A DNA stretch of 37,490 nt from NCBI GenBank assembly GCA_045648625.1, contig JAZROJ010000044.1, forward strand, positions 1-37,490, given 5' to 3'. Of the stretch, positions 24,770 through 35,800 are shown piece by piece; position 1 is the first letter of the stretch; every line of letters starts with the position of its first letter. This stretch comes from Candidatus Scatovivens sp. (GTDB taxonomy: Bacteria; Bacillota; Clostridia; TANB77; CAG-508). Both the position numbers and the translations under genes were made by a program. The notes under the pieces are model-generated. The model did not search any database and was not told the origin of the DNA. It was given only the letters and a program-made list of their open reading frames with translations.

Positions 24770-24835
24770 GGTACTTAGTAAAATAAGATGCTATTACTAT
24801 GTCAAAAGTTTATAATCGTAGGAGGAATTAAGATT

Positions 24836-27800
24836 ATGTGCAAAAACAAAATTCTAGAAAAATTGTTAGCAATAATCCTAATATTTACATTGACCTTTGC
24901 AAATTTTGCATTTGCAACAGAAAGTATAGCTATGAGTATAGCCAAAACACTATTTGGTAAAAAAGCTGATACTGGTCATAAAAATGTAGAATTTGAGGCT
25001 TATTTTGGAACCGAAGAAGAAAAAGAGACTTCGGTTATTTCTGATGTAAATAATCAAGAATTATGTATTAATCTAGATTTAGGAATTAAAAGTTCTGGTT
25101 ATTTAAAAAACGGAAAAATTGAAATTTTAGAATTCCAAGAGGGGGAAAATTTAAATTTTAAAGTAAAAGAAGATATTTATTTGTCAGAAAATATACAAGA
25201 TTTTGAAAATAATGTTATATATTTGAATCAAATAGATTTTTCAGATGAAAAAAACAATATCTCATTACCAATAATGTATGAAAATGAAGATTATGTAAGT
25301 GAAGAAAAACTTTCAAAAGATGCTAGAATTAAATTTTCTGGAATATATGTAGATGAAGATGGTGAAGAAGTAGAGGTATCTAGAGAAATTACTTTAAATA
25401 TTTCTTGGAAAGATGAGAGAGAAGTTAGAATTGAAAGTGATATAACAAAATATATTGATTTTGAAGACAGAGTAATATTACAAACTTCTGTAAAAATAGA
25501 TAATTCTACAGATAAAAATACATTACCAATAAAAAAATCAAAAGTTGAAATTAAAGCACCAGTATTAGATGAAAAAACTCCAACAAAAGTTACTGTAGTG
25601 GCAAATTCTACAGAAGGAACAAATGGAAAAAAAGCAGGAGATGTAATATTTAATGAGGAAAATTGGTATTATAACCAAGAAAGTGGTTTATTAACTATTA
25701 CTGTAGAAAATGAAAAACAACTTGTTGAAATTAATAAAAATGCCGAACAATATTTAAAAGAAGCAGATGAGGAAATAGAACAAGAAGAAAGATATTATAG
25801 CAAATCTGGAATAGATGAATATTTTATAACTTATACTTTTGAAAATGGTATTATGAATGAAACTACAATTTTAACATCAGAAATATTAGCAGAAACAACT
25901 TTATTAAGTGGTGTCGAAAATGATGATTTTATAAATGTAATAACCTCTGAAAACGATGTAGAATACTCTTTTGAAGGAAAAACTGGAGATATAGTATCCT
26001 TAAATATAGAAAATGAAACAAAAGAAATTTCAAAAGCTTATATGTATTCAAATTATAATCATAACAGTAAATATCAAATTGAACATAATACTAAAACAAT
26101 TTTAAATATAGCGTATAAAGAATTTATAGAAGAAATATACATAGAAGATGTGAAAGAATTTTATGAAGATGAACAACAAAATAATGTTGTTACTGAAGAT
26201 TTTTATTATAAGCAACTTAGTATTTCAAAAGAAAATTTTGATAAAATACTAGGAGAAACTGGTAGATTAGATGTTTGTGATTTAAATCAAAATATTATAG
26301 CAACAATTGACAATGAATCAGAAATAGATGAGAATGGTAATTTTATAATAAATTTTGAAAATAAAATTGATAAAGTAATAATAAAAATTAGTGCTCCTGT
26401 AGAAGAAGGAAATTTTGTAATAAATAAAACAAGAGAAATTGCAAATGTAAGTATAGACAAAGAAACATTAAAAAGCATGAAAGCTATAGGAATAGAAGAA
26501 AAAATTAAAGTAAAACATTTTAATATAGATAATGTGCAAGATATTCAAAAACAAAGTATTTACACTAATTTACTAGATACAACTACTAAAGCAAATTTAG
26601 TTATTGATAGAAATAGTTTATCTACTTTGGCAATGAATGAAAATGTAGAGTTAAGAATAGAGTTAAACAATGCTACAGACAAATCAGATTTATATGGTCA
26701 TTCAGTATTTGAAATAGAATTACCTTCAGACTTAGAATCAGTAGAAATAATAAATTCTAAATTAGTTTATGGAGAAGGTTTAGAAATTACAAAAGTAGAA
26801 GTAATTGATAGAATTATAAGAATTACATTAGATGGAGTTCAAGAAGGTATCAATTCTGGAATATTAACAAATGGAACTAATATTACATTAAACGCAAATA
26901 TAAAATTAAATTTATATTCACCAGCAAAGACAGAAAAAATAAAATTGCGTTATACAAATGATGAAGCTACAAATTATGAAACAAATGGTTATGAAGAACT
27001 AGAAGTTGAGTATTCTGCTCCAACTGGATTGGTTGCAGTAAACAGTATATCAAATTATGATTCAAAAGGATCTACAGTAACATCAGTAAGACAAGGATAT
27101 AAAGAAGATATAATAGATGTTTATGCAGAAGCCAAAACATCTACAATGGAAATTATTTTAATGAATAATAACAATAATGAAATATCTGATTTAAGTATAT
27201 TAGGGAGAATCCCATTTAAAGGTGTAAAAGATATTATATCTGGAAATGATTTAGGAGCTACTGTAGATACAAAATTAATTTCGAATATTATTTCTGATGA
27301 GCATAATAATGTTGGATTTGATATTTATTATTCAACAAATGGAGAAGCAACAAAAAGCTTAGATGATTTGGAAAACGGGTGGACTAGAGTACCAGAAAAT
27401 TTAGAAACTATTAAATCATATTTAATAGTTCCAGCAGATAAAACTTATGAAATGGAAGAAACAGAAATTTTAAAATTTACATATCAATATGAAATTCCAG
27501 AAAATTTATCTCATAATGAAAATATTTTTGGAACTTTTATAGCTTATTATATAAATCATTCAGAAGTTGCCACAACAGAAGAAACTTCAGTACCAGATTT
27601 AGTTGGATTGACTACAGGAAAAGGTCCAGAATTAGATATTAGTATTAAAGTAAATAAAGAAGTTGTAAAAGAATTAGAGGAAATAGAAACTACAATTACC
27701 GTAAAAAATATTGGTAAACAAGTAGCTCAAGATATTATTTTAAATATTCCAACACCACAGTATACAAAATATAAGAGAGTAAAATCAGAAAAAGAAAATT

Positions 27801-29893
27801 TGACTATAGAAAATACGGACCAAAATGTAAAAATATTATTAGGCGAAATAAAAGAAAATGAAGAAGTAGATATAAAAGTATTTTTTAATGTAGAAAAAAT
27901 ACAAAATATTGAAGAAGAAATTATAATAAATGCTTATGTAACAGCAAAAGATTTAGGGAAAGATTTAGTTTCAAACACAGAGAATGTTAAAATAACAAAA
28001 GCGGATTATTCATTATATTTATATGCTTCAGATACAAAAGCAACAGACGGAATTCAAGAAGTAGGAACAGAATTAGAGATAATGATACAAATCAAAAATT
28101 TAACTTCTAACGAAAAGAATAATGTTGTTGTAACTCAAGAAATACCACTGGGCTTTGACTTTGTAAATGCCAATGTTTGTTCAGAGAATTTTGTAAGACT
28201 GGAAAAAACAGCTAATTATAATGAAGAGACAAGAGTAATTACATGGAATATTGATAATATTAAAGCTAATTATTCAAGATGTGTAGCTTATAAAATAAAA
28301 ATAGCAGAATTACCAGAAGGTATAACAAAACAAGAGATTCGTTCTGTGGCTAAAATTACAGAAAATGGAGAAGTTTATAATTCTAATACTTTACTAATTA
28401 CTTCTGGAAAAGCGGTGCTTACAATTCATCAAATAGCAGATGTGGAAAATACATACATAAAAGAGGGTACTTGTATTAATTATATATATACAATTAAAAA
28501 TGAAGGCACTGTAGCTGCAAGAAGTGTTAAATTGGTAAATGAAACACCAGATGGATTAATTATAAGAAATATAAAATTAAATTCAAATGGATTTGAAACA
28601 AATCAACAATTATCTTCTAAAACACAATCAATAATAAGTTTAACTATTATGCCAAAAGAAGAGGCTAAAGTAACAATAAAAGCTTATGCAAGTAATTTAA
28701 AAGGTGTACAAGAAAAAACAGTAACAAATCTTGGAGTATTAAAATTATCTAATTCAGAGGAAATTAAATCAAATTCTATAACTCATATTATAGAAGCAAC
28801 TGAGAAAAACGTAGTTAATAAGGGTGATGAAGATTCTTTTGTAGGAAATGGTTCAACATCGAATGATATTGTAAAAACATACAAAATCACAGGTGTTGCT
28901 TGGTTAGATTCTAACGAAAATGGTATGAGAGATGCTAGAGAACAATTAATGCCTGGAATATCAGCAAAGTTAATTAATAATGAAACAGGTGTAATTACTA
29001 AATCAGTAACGACAGATAATAAAGGTACATATATTTTTGAAGGTGTACAAAATGGAAAATATTTAATTATATTTGATTATGATACAGCTAAATATACTGT
29101 TACAACATATCAAAAAACAGATATAGCTACAAATGTAAATTCAGATGCTATTACTGCTCAAATTGAGCAAAATGGAACAATAAGAAATGGAGCAGTAACA
29201 GATGTTATTGAGATAAAAAATGGTAGTATATCAAATATAGATATAGGTTTTATATATGCAGACATGTTTGATTTACAATTAGAAAAAACAATTACTAAAG
29301 TTACAGTTCAAACCTCTAAAGGAACAACAAATTCAATATATGATAAAGCTACTTTAGCAAAAGCCGAAATACATTCAAAATATGTATCTGGTTCTACAGT
29401 ATATGTTGAATATACTATTACAGTAAGAAATGTTGGAGAAATAGCAGGATATGCTAAAAAGATAGTAGATTATATTCCAGAAGGAATGATATTTAATTCA
29501 AGTTTAGAAGCAAATAAAAATTGGTACACAGGAACAGATCAAAAATTATATACAACAGCTTTATCTAATATTGAATTAGCAGCTGGTCAATCAATGGATA
29601 TAAAATTAGTTTTAATTAAAAACATGACATCAGAAAATACAGGACCAGTAAGTAACTTAGCAGAAATATATGAAGCTTATAATATTTATGGTGTAACAGA
29701 TGAAAATTCTATTCCAGCTAATAAAGCTCAGGGAGAAAATGATTTAGGAAAAGCAGATGTAATTATAACAGTAAAAACAGGAGAAGTATTTATAAACATT
29801 TCTTTAATAATTACAAGTATTTTATTAGGAAGTGTTGCAGTGTTTATTATTTATAATTCACTGATGTTAAGAAAAAGAAAAGGAGGTGCTTAA
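24836..29893 (+). CDS. Giant surface protein A2 (1685 aa), paralog of A1: signal peptide, DUF11-like repeats, one SdrD-B-like domain, C-terminal xVxTG/TM/basic tail
   Basis: The start is moved to ATG 24836 (SD AGGAGG; MCKNKILEKLLAIILIFTLTFANFAFA is a signal peptide). It is colinear with A1 (see A1 evidence) but lacks the two acidic inserts. Confidence 0.9.
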   Translation: MCKNKILEKLLAIILIFTLTFANFAFATESIAMSIAKTLFGKKADTGHKNVEFEAYFGTEEEKETSVISDVNNQELCINLDLGIKSSGYLKNGKIEILEFQEGENLNFKVKEDIYLSENIQDFENNVIYLNQIDFSDEKNNISLPIMYENEDYVSEEKLSKDARIKFSGIYVDEDGEEVEVSREITLNISWKDEREVRIESDITKYIDFEDRVILQTSVKIDNSTDKNTLPIKKSKVEIKAPVLDEKTPTKVTVVANSTEGTNGKKAGDVIFNEENWYYNQESGLLTITVENEKQLVEINKNAEQYLKEADEEIEQEERYYSKSGIDEYFITYTFENGIMNETTILTSEILAETTLLSGVENDDFINVITSENDVEYSFEGKTGDIVSLNIENETKEISKAYMYSNYNHNSKYQIEHNTKTILNIAYKEFIEEIYIEDVKEFYEDEQQNNVVTEDFYYKQLSISKENFDKILGETGRLDVCDLNQNIIATIDNESEIDENGNFIINFENKIDKVIIKISAPVEEGNFVINKTREIANVSIDKETLKSMKAIGIEEKIKVKHFNIDNVQDIQKQSIYTNLLDTTTKANLVIDRNSLSTLAMNENVELRIELNNATDKSDLYGHSVFEIELPSDLESVEIINSKLVYGEGLEITKVEVIDRIIRITLDGVQEGINSGILTNGTNITLNANIKLNLYSPAKTEKIKLRYTNDEATNYETNGYEELEVEYSAPTGLVAVNSISNYDSKGSTVTSVRQGYKEDIIDVYAEAKTSTMEIILMNNNNNEISDLSILGRIPFKGVKDIISGNDLGATVDTKLISNIISDEHNNVGFDIYYSTNGEATKSLDDLENGWTRVPENLETIKSYLIVPADKTYEMEETEILKFTYQYEIPENLSHNENIFGTFIAYYINHSEVATTEETSVPDLVGLTTGKGPELDISIKVNKEVVKELEEIETTITVKNIGKQVAQDIILNIPTPQYTKYKRVKSEKENLTIENTDQNVKILLGEIKENEEVDIKVFFNVEKIQNIEEEIIINAYVTAKDLGKDLVSNTENVKITKADYSLYLYASDTKATDGIQEVGTELEIMIQIKNLTSNEKNNVVVTQEIPLGFDFVNANVCSENFVRLEKTANYNEETRVITWNIDNIKANYSRCVAYKIKIAELPEGITKQEIRSVAKITENGEVYNSNTLLITSGKAVLTIHQIADVENTYIKEGTCINYIYTIKNEGTVAARSVKLVNETPDGLIIRNIKLNSNGFETNQQLSSKTQSIISLTIMPKEEAKVTIKAYASNLKGVQEKTVTNLGVLKLSNSEEIKSNSITHIIEATEKNVVNKGDEDSFVGNGSTSNDIVKTYKITGVAWLDSNENGMRDAREQLMPGISAKLINNETGVITKSVTTDNKGTYIFEGVQNGKYLIIFDYDTAKYTVTTYQKTDIATNVNSDAITAQIEQNGTIRNGAVTDVIEIKNGSISNIDIGFIYADMFDLQLEKTITKVTVQTSKGTTNSIYDKATLAKAEIHSKYVSGSTVYVEYTITVRNVGEIAGYAKKIVDYIPEGMIFNSSLEANKNWYTGTDQKLYTTALSNIELAAGQSMDIKLVLIKNMTSENTGPVSNLAEIYEAYNIYGVTDENSIPANKAQGENDLGKADVIITVKTGEVFINISLIITSILLGSVAVFIIYNSLMLRKRKGGA
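28880..29254 (+). other. SdrD B-like domain in A2
   Basis: YKITGVAWLDSNENGMRDAREQLMPGISAKLINNETGVITKSVTTDNKGTYIFEGVQNGKYLIIFDYDTAKYTVTTY. Confidence 0.7.
29768..29890 (+). other. C-terminal sorting-signal-like tail of A2: TVKTG + hydrophobic segment + RKRKGGA
   Basis: ADVIITVKTGEVFINISLIITSILLGSVAVFIIYNSLMLRKRKGGA. Confidence 0.5.
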
Positions 29894-29894
29894 T

Positions 29895-32800
29895 ATGAAT
29901 AGAAAGTTTGAAAAAATGAATAAAAAATTAATGTTTTCTGTGTTGACTATTATTGCAGTATTAAGTGCCTTATTAATATGTTCAATATATGCAGCGAGTA
30001 TAACACCAGAGATGAGCTCTAAAGGTTCTGGGTTGGGAAATGGTCAAAAGGGTGCAACAGGTTCTTTATATCGTGAAGATTTAATAGAAAGATATGATAT
30101 ATTGTGTGCATCACAAGGAACTAATGTACCGTTTTCATACGCAGGTCAAGAGACAAAATATGAAGTAGTTGATGTAAAAACAGCATCTCCTAAAGAAGCA
30201 TATATTTTAGCTGAGATGGTTAATGATTTAGAGGAACTTTCTCGAAATGAAATCTCTTTTTTAACTGATGCAAATGGTAATTATTTAGAATATAAAGATG
30301 TTAATAATTTGAAAAATTCACAGACTATTACATCTGGTGATAGAACCATGTATATTATTAATAATCAAAATGTTGAAGATGCAGATGGAAACCAAACAAA
30401 TCAAGAAATGGGAGCTGGTAGTGAAAAAATAGTTATGCAAGGAGAAGATGGCAAATATTACTATGTTGCAACATCTTCGAATTCAGGATATAACTCTTAT
30501 GGAAATATATATTCTTATGTACAAAGAGCTTGGTGGAATACAAGCGCTGGTGGAGGAGGAATACCTGTACCACCAAATGAATTATTTATGGAAGCAGAGC
30601 AATTTGAAGCTTATATAAATCAGTTAGGACCAAGCGGAGAATATAAACCAAGTTGGGGAAATACTAATCCTACTGTATCTTATGATATGGAAGGACAATA
30701 TTTCTTAATGGGACCTTTTTCAATAGATTATGTTGAAGCTTATTCTAGTTCAACAGGAAGACCAGAGGTTATGTTTGCTGGGATTACAGGAGTAGAAGTA
30801 AGTACAAATGGAGCAAGCGGACCTTTAGAACTAGGTAACGGATGGGAATTTTATTGGCAAGATAGAGATAGTTCAGAGGATTCTGAATATCCTCGTCCAG
30901 GAGAATCTTTTTATATAAAATTAGATTATCAAGAAGATGCTTCTATAGTTAGTAATATAAAATTTAAATTTAAATATATGAAGGCAGAAGGACGTTATGA
31001 ACAATTAGAAGGGAAATATTATATAGTAACAGAAGATGGAACATATGAAAAAACAGCACAATCTTTAACTGGTGGTTTAAGTGGAGAAAGATGGTATGAA
31101 GAAGTAGAATTAGACTGGACTGGTGATTATGAAGCTGAAGAACCACCGATAGAAGAAGATGACGACGACGATGATGATGATGATGATGACGATGATGATG
31201 ACGATGATGACGATGATGATGACCCACCAACTCCACCAGAGCCAACTGTATATTTTGGAAATTTAAGAATTGTAAAAAAATTAACAGAACCAGCAAAAAT
31301 GAATCAAAGTTTTTCTATTATCGTAAAAATTACAAGTGATGGAAAAACTTCAGAAATACCATTGGTGTTAAACATTACTGAAGGCCAAACAGAGGCATAT
31401 ACAGAACTTAGTGGATTTAGCTGGACTGAAGGAAATGCACCAACATATACAGTTGAAGAAGATACTACTTTTAATAGTGATTACGAATTACAATCAATTA
31501 CTCCTAGAAGTGGAACAATAAAAAGTGGTGAAGTAACTACAGTAACAGTAACAAATAAACCAATAAAAGAAAAAGTAAAACTAAAAATTGTTAAAACTCT
31601 AGAGAATGCAGATTTGTATACTAATGAATATATAGAATCTTTGGTATTCAAATTTAAAATTAATGTAGACGAATATGGTACAAATATAATCGAATTAAAA
31701 CCTATAAGGGAAAATAAAAGATATATATGGTATTATGAATCAGATTATTATTATTTAGAAAAAAATCAATTATTAAATTATTCAATAGAAGAATTTGATT
31801 TGCCAGAAGGAACAAGCTTTGTTAGTGCAAATTGTTCTGATAATGCAATAACGGTAAGCGGAACAACTGTAAAAGGTGTTTTATCTGATATAAATGGAGA
31901 CCTAACAGTAACTAATAACATTATTAACAAAATAGAAGCTCCTAGAAAAGGTAATTTAAAAATAACTAAAATCATAAATTCAGATACATTAGCAGCAAAA
32001 GATTATAAATTTGTGCTAAAAGTTTCAGGAACATTTACTTATCAAGGAAATACCTTTGTAAATGACACTATGGAAATTCCAGTAACAATAAATGTTCCAG
32101 CAGGTACAACATCTGCAGAGACAGTATTAACAGATTTTATATGGAATGGAAATGAGCCTACATATTTATTAGAAGAAAACTTAAATGGTTTAGATGGAAT
32201 TCAAGCAACTATAAATCCAAAACAAGGAAATTTAAAAAATAGTGAAACAATAAATATTATTGCAGAAAACAGAACAAAAACTAGTAAAAAAGGTTCTTTA
32301 CATATTATAAAAGTATTAGAAAATGCTAATAATTTCTCAAATGAATATATTAAATCTTTAATTTTTAAATTTAATATTAAAGTTGGAGAAAAAGATTATG
32401 GAATTGTTTCTTTAAAACCAGAACTTGTAAATAATAAATATATTTGGGAATATAGGGCTGATTATACTTGGTCTGAAGATGAAGCAAATCCAACATATGT
32501 AATAAAAGAAGTAGAACTTCCAGAAGGAACATATTTAGGTGGAATAAATGCAGATAGAGATGCTACAGTTAATCTTAGTGAAAAAACTGTAACAGGAAAA
32601 CTAAGACCAGATAGTGAAGACGATTTTGTAGTAAAAAATGAATTTATAAATAAAATAAATAAAACATCTGGATATTTGAAAATAGAGAAAAAAGTAATAG
32701 ATAAAGCATTAAAAGGTATTGCATTTAAATTTAAAGTACAAATAAAAGGTACTTTCAAATATAATGGAACTGAATATAACAATACAACAATGTTATTAAC

Positions 32801-35800
32801 AGATATTAATGTTTCTAGTGAAAACATGTGGACCTCTAATGTAATTGAATGGTATGGTGAAAATGCACCAACTTATATAGTTGAAGAGCAAGATTCAAGT
32901 ATTTCTAAGTTGATGTCTGTTATTAATAGTAGTGGTAAATTAGTAGAAGGAGGAGTAGCGAATGCTCAAGTTGCAACTTTTACTAATGGTTCTAAAAAAA
33001 TAGGTGGCCAAATTCAAATTACAAAAAAATTAGAAAATGGCGGTACTAGTGAGGATACATTTTATTTTAGAATAACAGTAGAAGGGTATGAGCCATACAT
33101 TGTAGGTATAAAAGCAGGAGAAACATATCGTTCTGAAAAATTTATATGGAGTGGAGATATTGCTCCTACATATACAGTAGAAGAGATTGATTCAGGAAGA
33201 GCTACTCTTGTAAGTATATCTAATGCTACTGGAAGATTAGATAAAGATGGAATTATAAATGTGGTTTGTGTTAACAGACTAGAATCTCAAGGAGCTAAGA
33301 TAAGAGTAACAAAAGAGATTATTACTGATGAGAAAATGCAAGCAGATGCTCTTGACGGAGTATTTACTATCAGTGTAGCGATTACAGGTTCATTTACATT
33401 AAATGGAGAACATTTTGTAAATTCTACTAAAGTTATTACTGATACATTAAGAGCTGGCGAAAGTTTTGAAACACCAATAATTGAGTGGTCTGGAGAAACA
33501 GCTCCTACATATACAGTTTCAGAAGTAGGAATGCCTAAAGGATGGAAATTACAAAGCATTACTAATGAAAGAGGAACTCTACAAGAAAATAAAACTATAG
33601 ATTGTATAGTAACAAACAAATTAAGTACTAGAGTAGAATTAAATTTAACAATAGGATTATCTGGTTTTGTTTGGGAAGATACTAAAGTAGAAAATAAAGA
33701 GTCAGAACAAATTCAAAATTATGGAACACAAGGTATTTATGATCAAGGTGAAATAGGCCTTGATGGTGTAGAAGTTTACATTTATAAAGTTATTTATAGT
33801 GGAAATACAGAAATATCAAGAGAATTAGCAAGAGGAGCTAGTTATCCAATATACACAGAAGGTGGATACTGGAGTGCACCTAAACTAAATGTACCAGCAG
33901 TATCAAAAGAGCAAAAAGAGAGTGGATGTAGAGCTACATATGATGTTGAGTTTATATATGATGGTCAAACTTATGAACCTACAACATTCTTAAAAACATC
34001 AGGAGGTAGTGCAGAATCTTTTAAATCAGCTACTACAACACAAAGAGATGGCTGGATTAAAGATTCTATGGCATTAGATTATAATCGTGAAGAAGTAAAT
34101 AATAGAATAGCACAAGTTTCTGGTGGAAGCCCAATAGATATTGATGGAAATACAGTAGGTCAAGTAAGTGGTTCTGGAAATTATTCTGTATATTATAAGG
34201 CAACAGATTATTCAGAAGGTTTTGATACTTCAAGAAAAGTTTCTAAATTACAAACAAAAGATAGCAGAGGAAAAATTTATGAAGTATTTAAAACTACAGC
34301 AAGAACTTCAGAAGGTGGATTAACATATCCTTTTGATAATAAATGTCACTTAGAAAATGTAGATAAAGATATAGATGATTTAGGTATGGTGGAAACATAT
34401 ACATATTCATCAACTTATGGTTATACTACAAATATTAACTTAGGTTTAATTAGAAGAGAAGAGGCAGATATAGGAGTAACAAAAGATTTATATTCTGCTA
34501 AAGTAGTTGTTAATGGAAAAGTAATTAATTATAGATTTAATTCATTAGCAGATTTGACAGGAAGCTCAATATCAAGACAATTAGATGCAGATAATATGAA
34601 TATTAACTATAAATTAGGTCTTTATAATACAGATTATTATTATAGAGCAGAATTGTATCAGACAAAAGGTACTATGTATGATGCTGTAGAAGAATTTTAT
34701 AAATCAGTATTATTAAAAGATGTAAGCTCAACAGAATTGGATGTATATCTAACATATAAAATTAATGTTTATAATGAATCACCAACATATGTTGTTGGAA
34801 TAAATAGTATTGATGATTATTTTGATAGCAGTTTTGGATCACCAATAATGGAACCAGAAACAAAATATATTCAAACAATAGATGGAAAACCAGTAGAAAA
34901 AGTTACAGAAATAGCAAATGCTTCAACTGTAAATGGTTCAAAAGTAAACTGGGTAGTAACAGATAAGAATTTATTAGGATCTGATAATTTAACTTATAAT
35001 AAAATGACTGCTAACTTAGGAAATTTAAGATTGGCAAGTGGAGATAAAGCCGAAATTATAGTAACTTTTAAAGTACAAAAAGAAAATTATGAAGGTGTAA
35101 AAAATGCAATTATATTAGGGCAAAAAGCTAATATAGTAGAAATTTCTAATTATTCAACATATTATAGTAATGGAAGCGTAGCTGGTAAAATTGATAGAGA
35201 TTCAGCTCCAGGAAACATCAATATAAATGAATATAATGAAAGATCTTGGTATGAAGATGATACAGATTCAGCTCCAATACTTAACTTAACTATTGTTGAA
35301 GAAGAAAGAAATATAAAAGGTACAGCTTGGGAAGATAGAGCTGATGTGTCAAATATTGGAAATGGTAAGTATGATGATGGAGAAGCTCTAATAGGAGGTT
35401 TAACTACTCAACTTATCGAAAAAGTATTAGTTAAAAATCCAGGTGCATCAACAGAGTATACCGAATATGATTTCTTATGGCCTACAAATAGACAGTTAGA
35501 CATATTAGGAGGTAGAACTCTAGAATCTTTAACAGGATTTGATAGTACTACAGAAACTTCAAGAACAAATTCAATAGATGGACTAAAACCAGGAGAATAT
35601 TTATTTGAAAATATTCCAGCAGGTAACTATGTTGTAAGATTCTTATATGGAAATGATAAAACAGAATTGGAAGATTCTGAAAATATTACAGGAGCACCTG
35701 TTGCATTAAAATTAGATGCTTCTGGAAATGTAACTCCATATTCTGGAAATGAAAAAATATTAATAGCAAATTATGATGGAGATGCACTTCAAAAAACCAC

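Noticed and set aside
30970-31296. Minus-strand 108-aa ORF with a striking His/Arg-rich run (HHHRHHRHHHRHHHHHHRRRH)
   Set aside because: It is the antisense reading of the (GAT/GAC)22 Asp tract inside B2. It has no SD, lies entirely within a far longer sense ORF, and its composition is dictated by the opposite strand.
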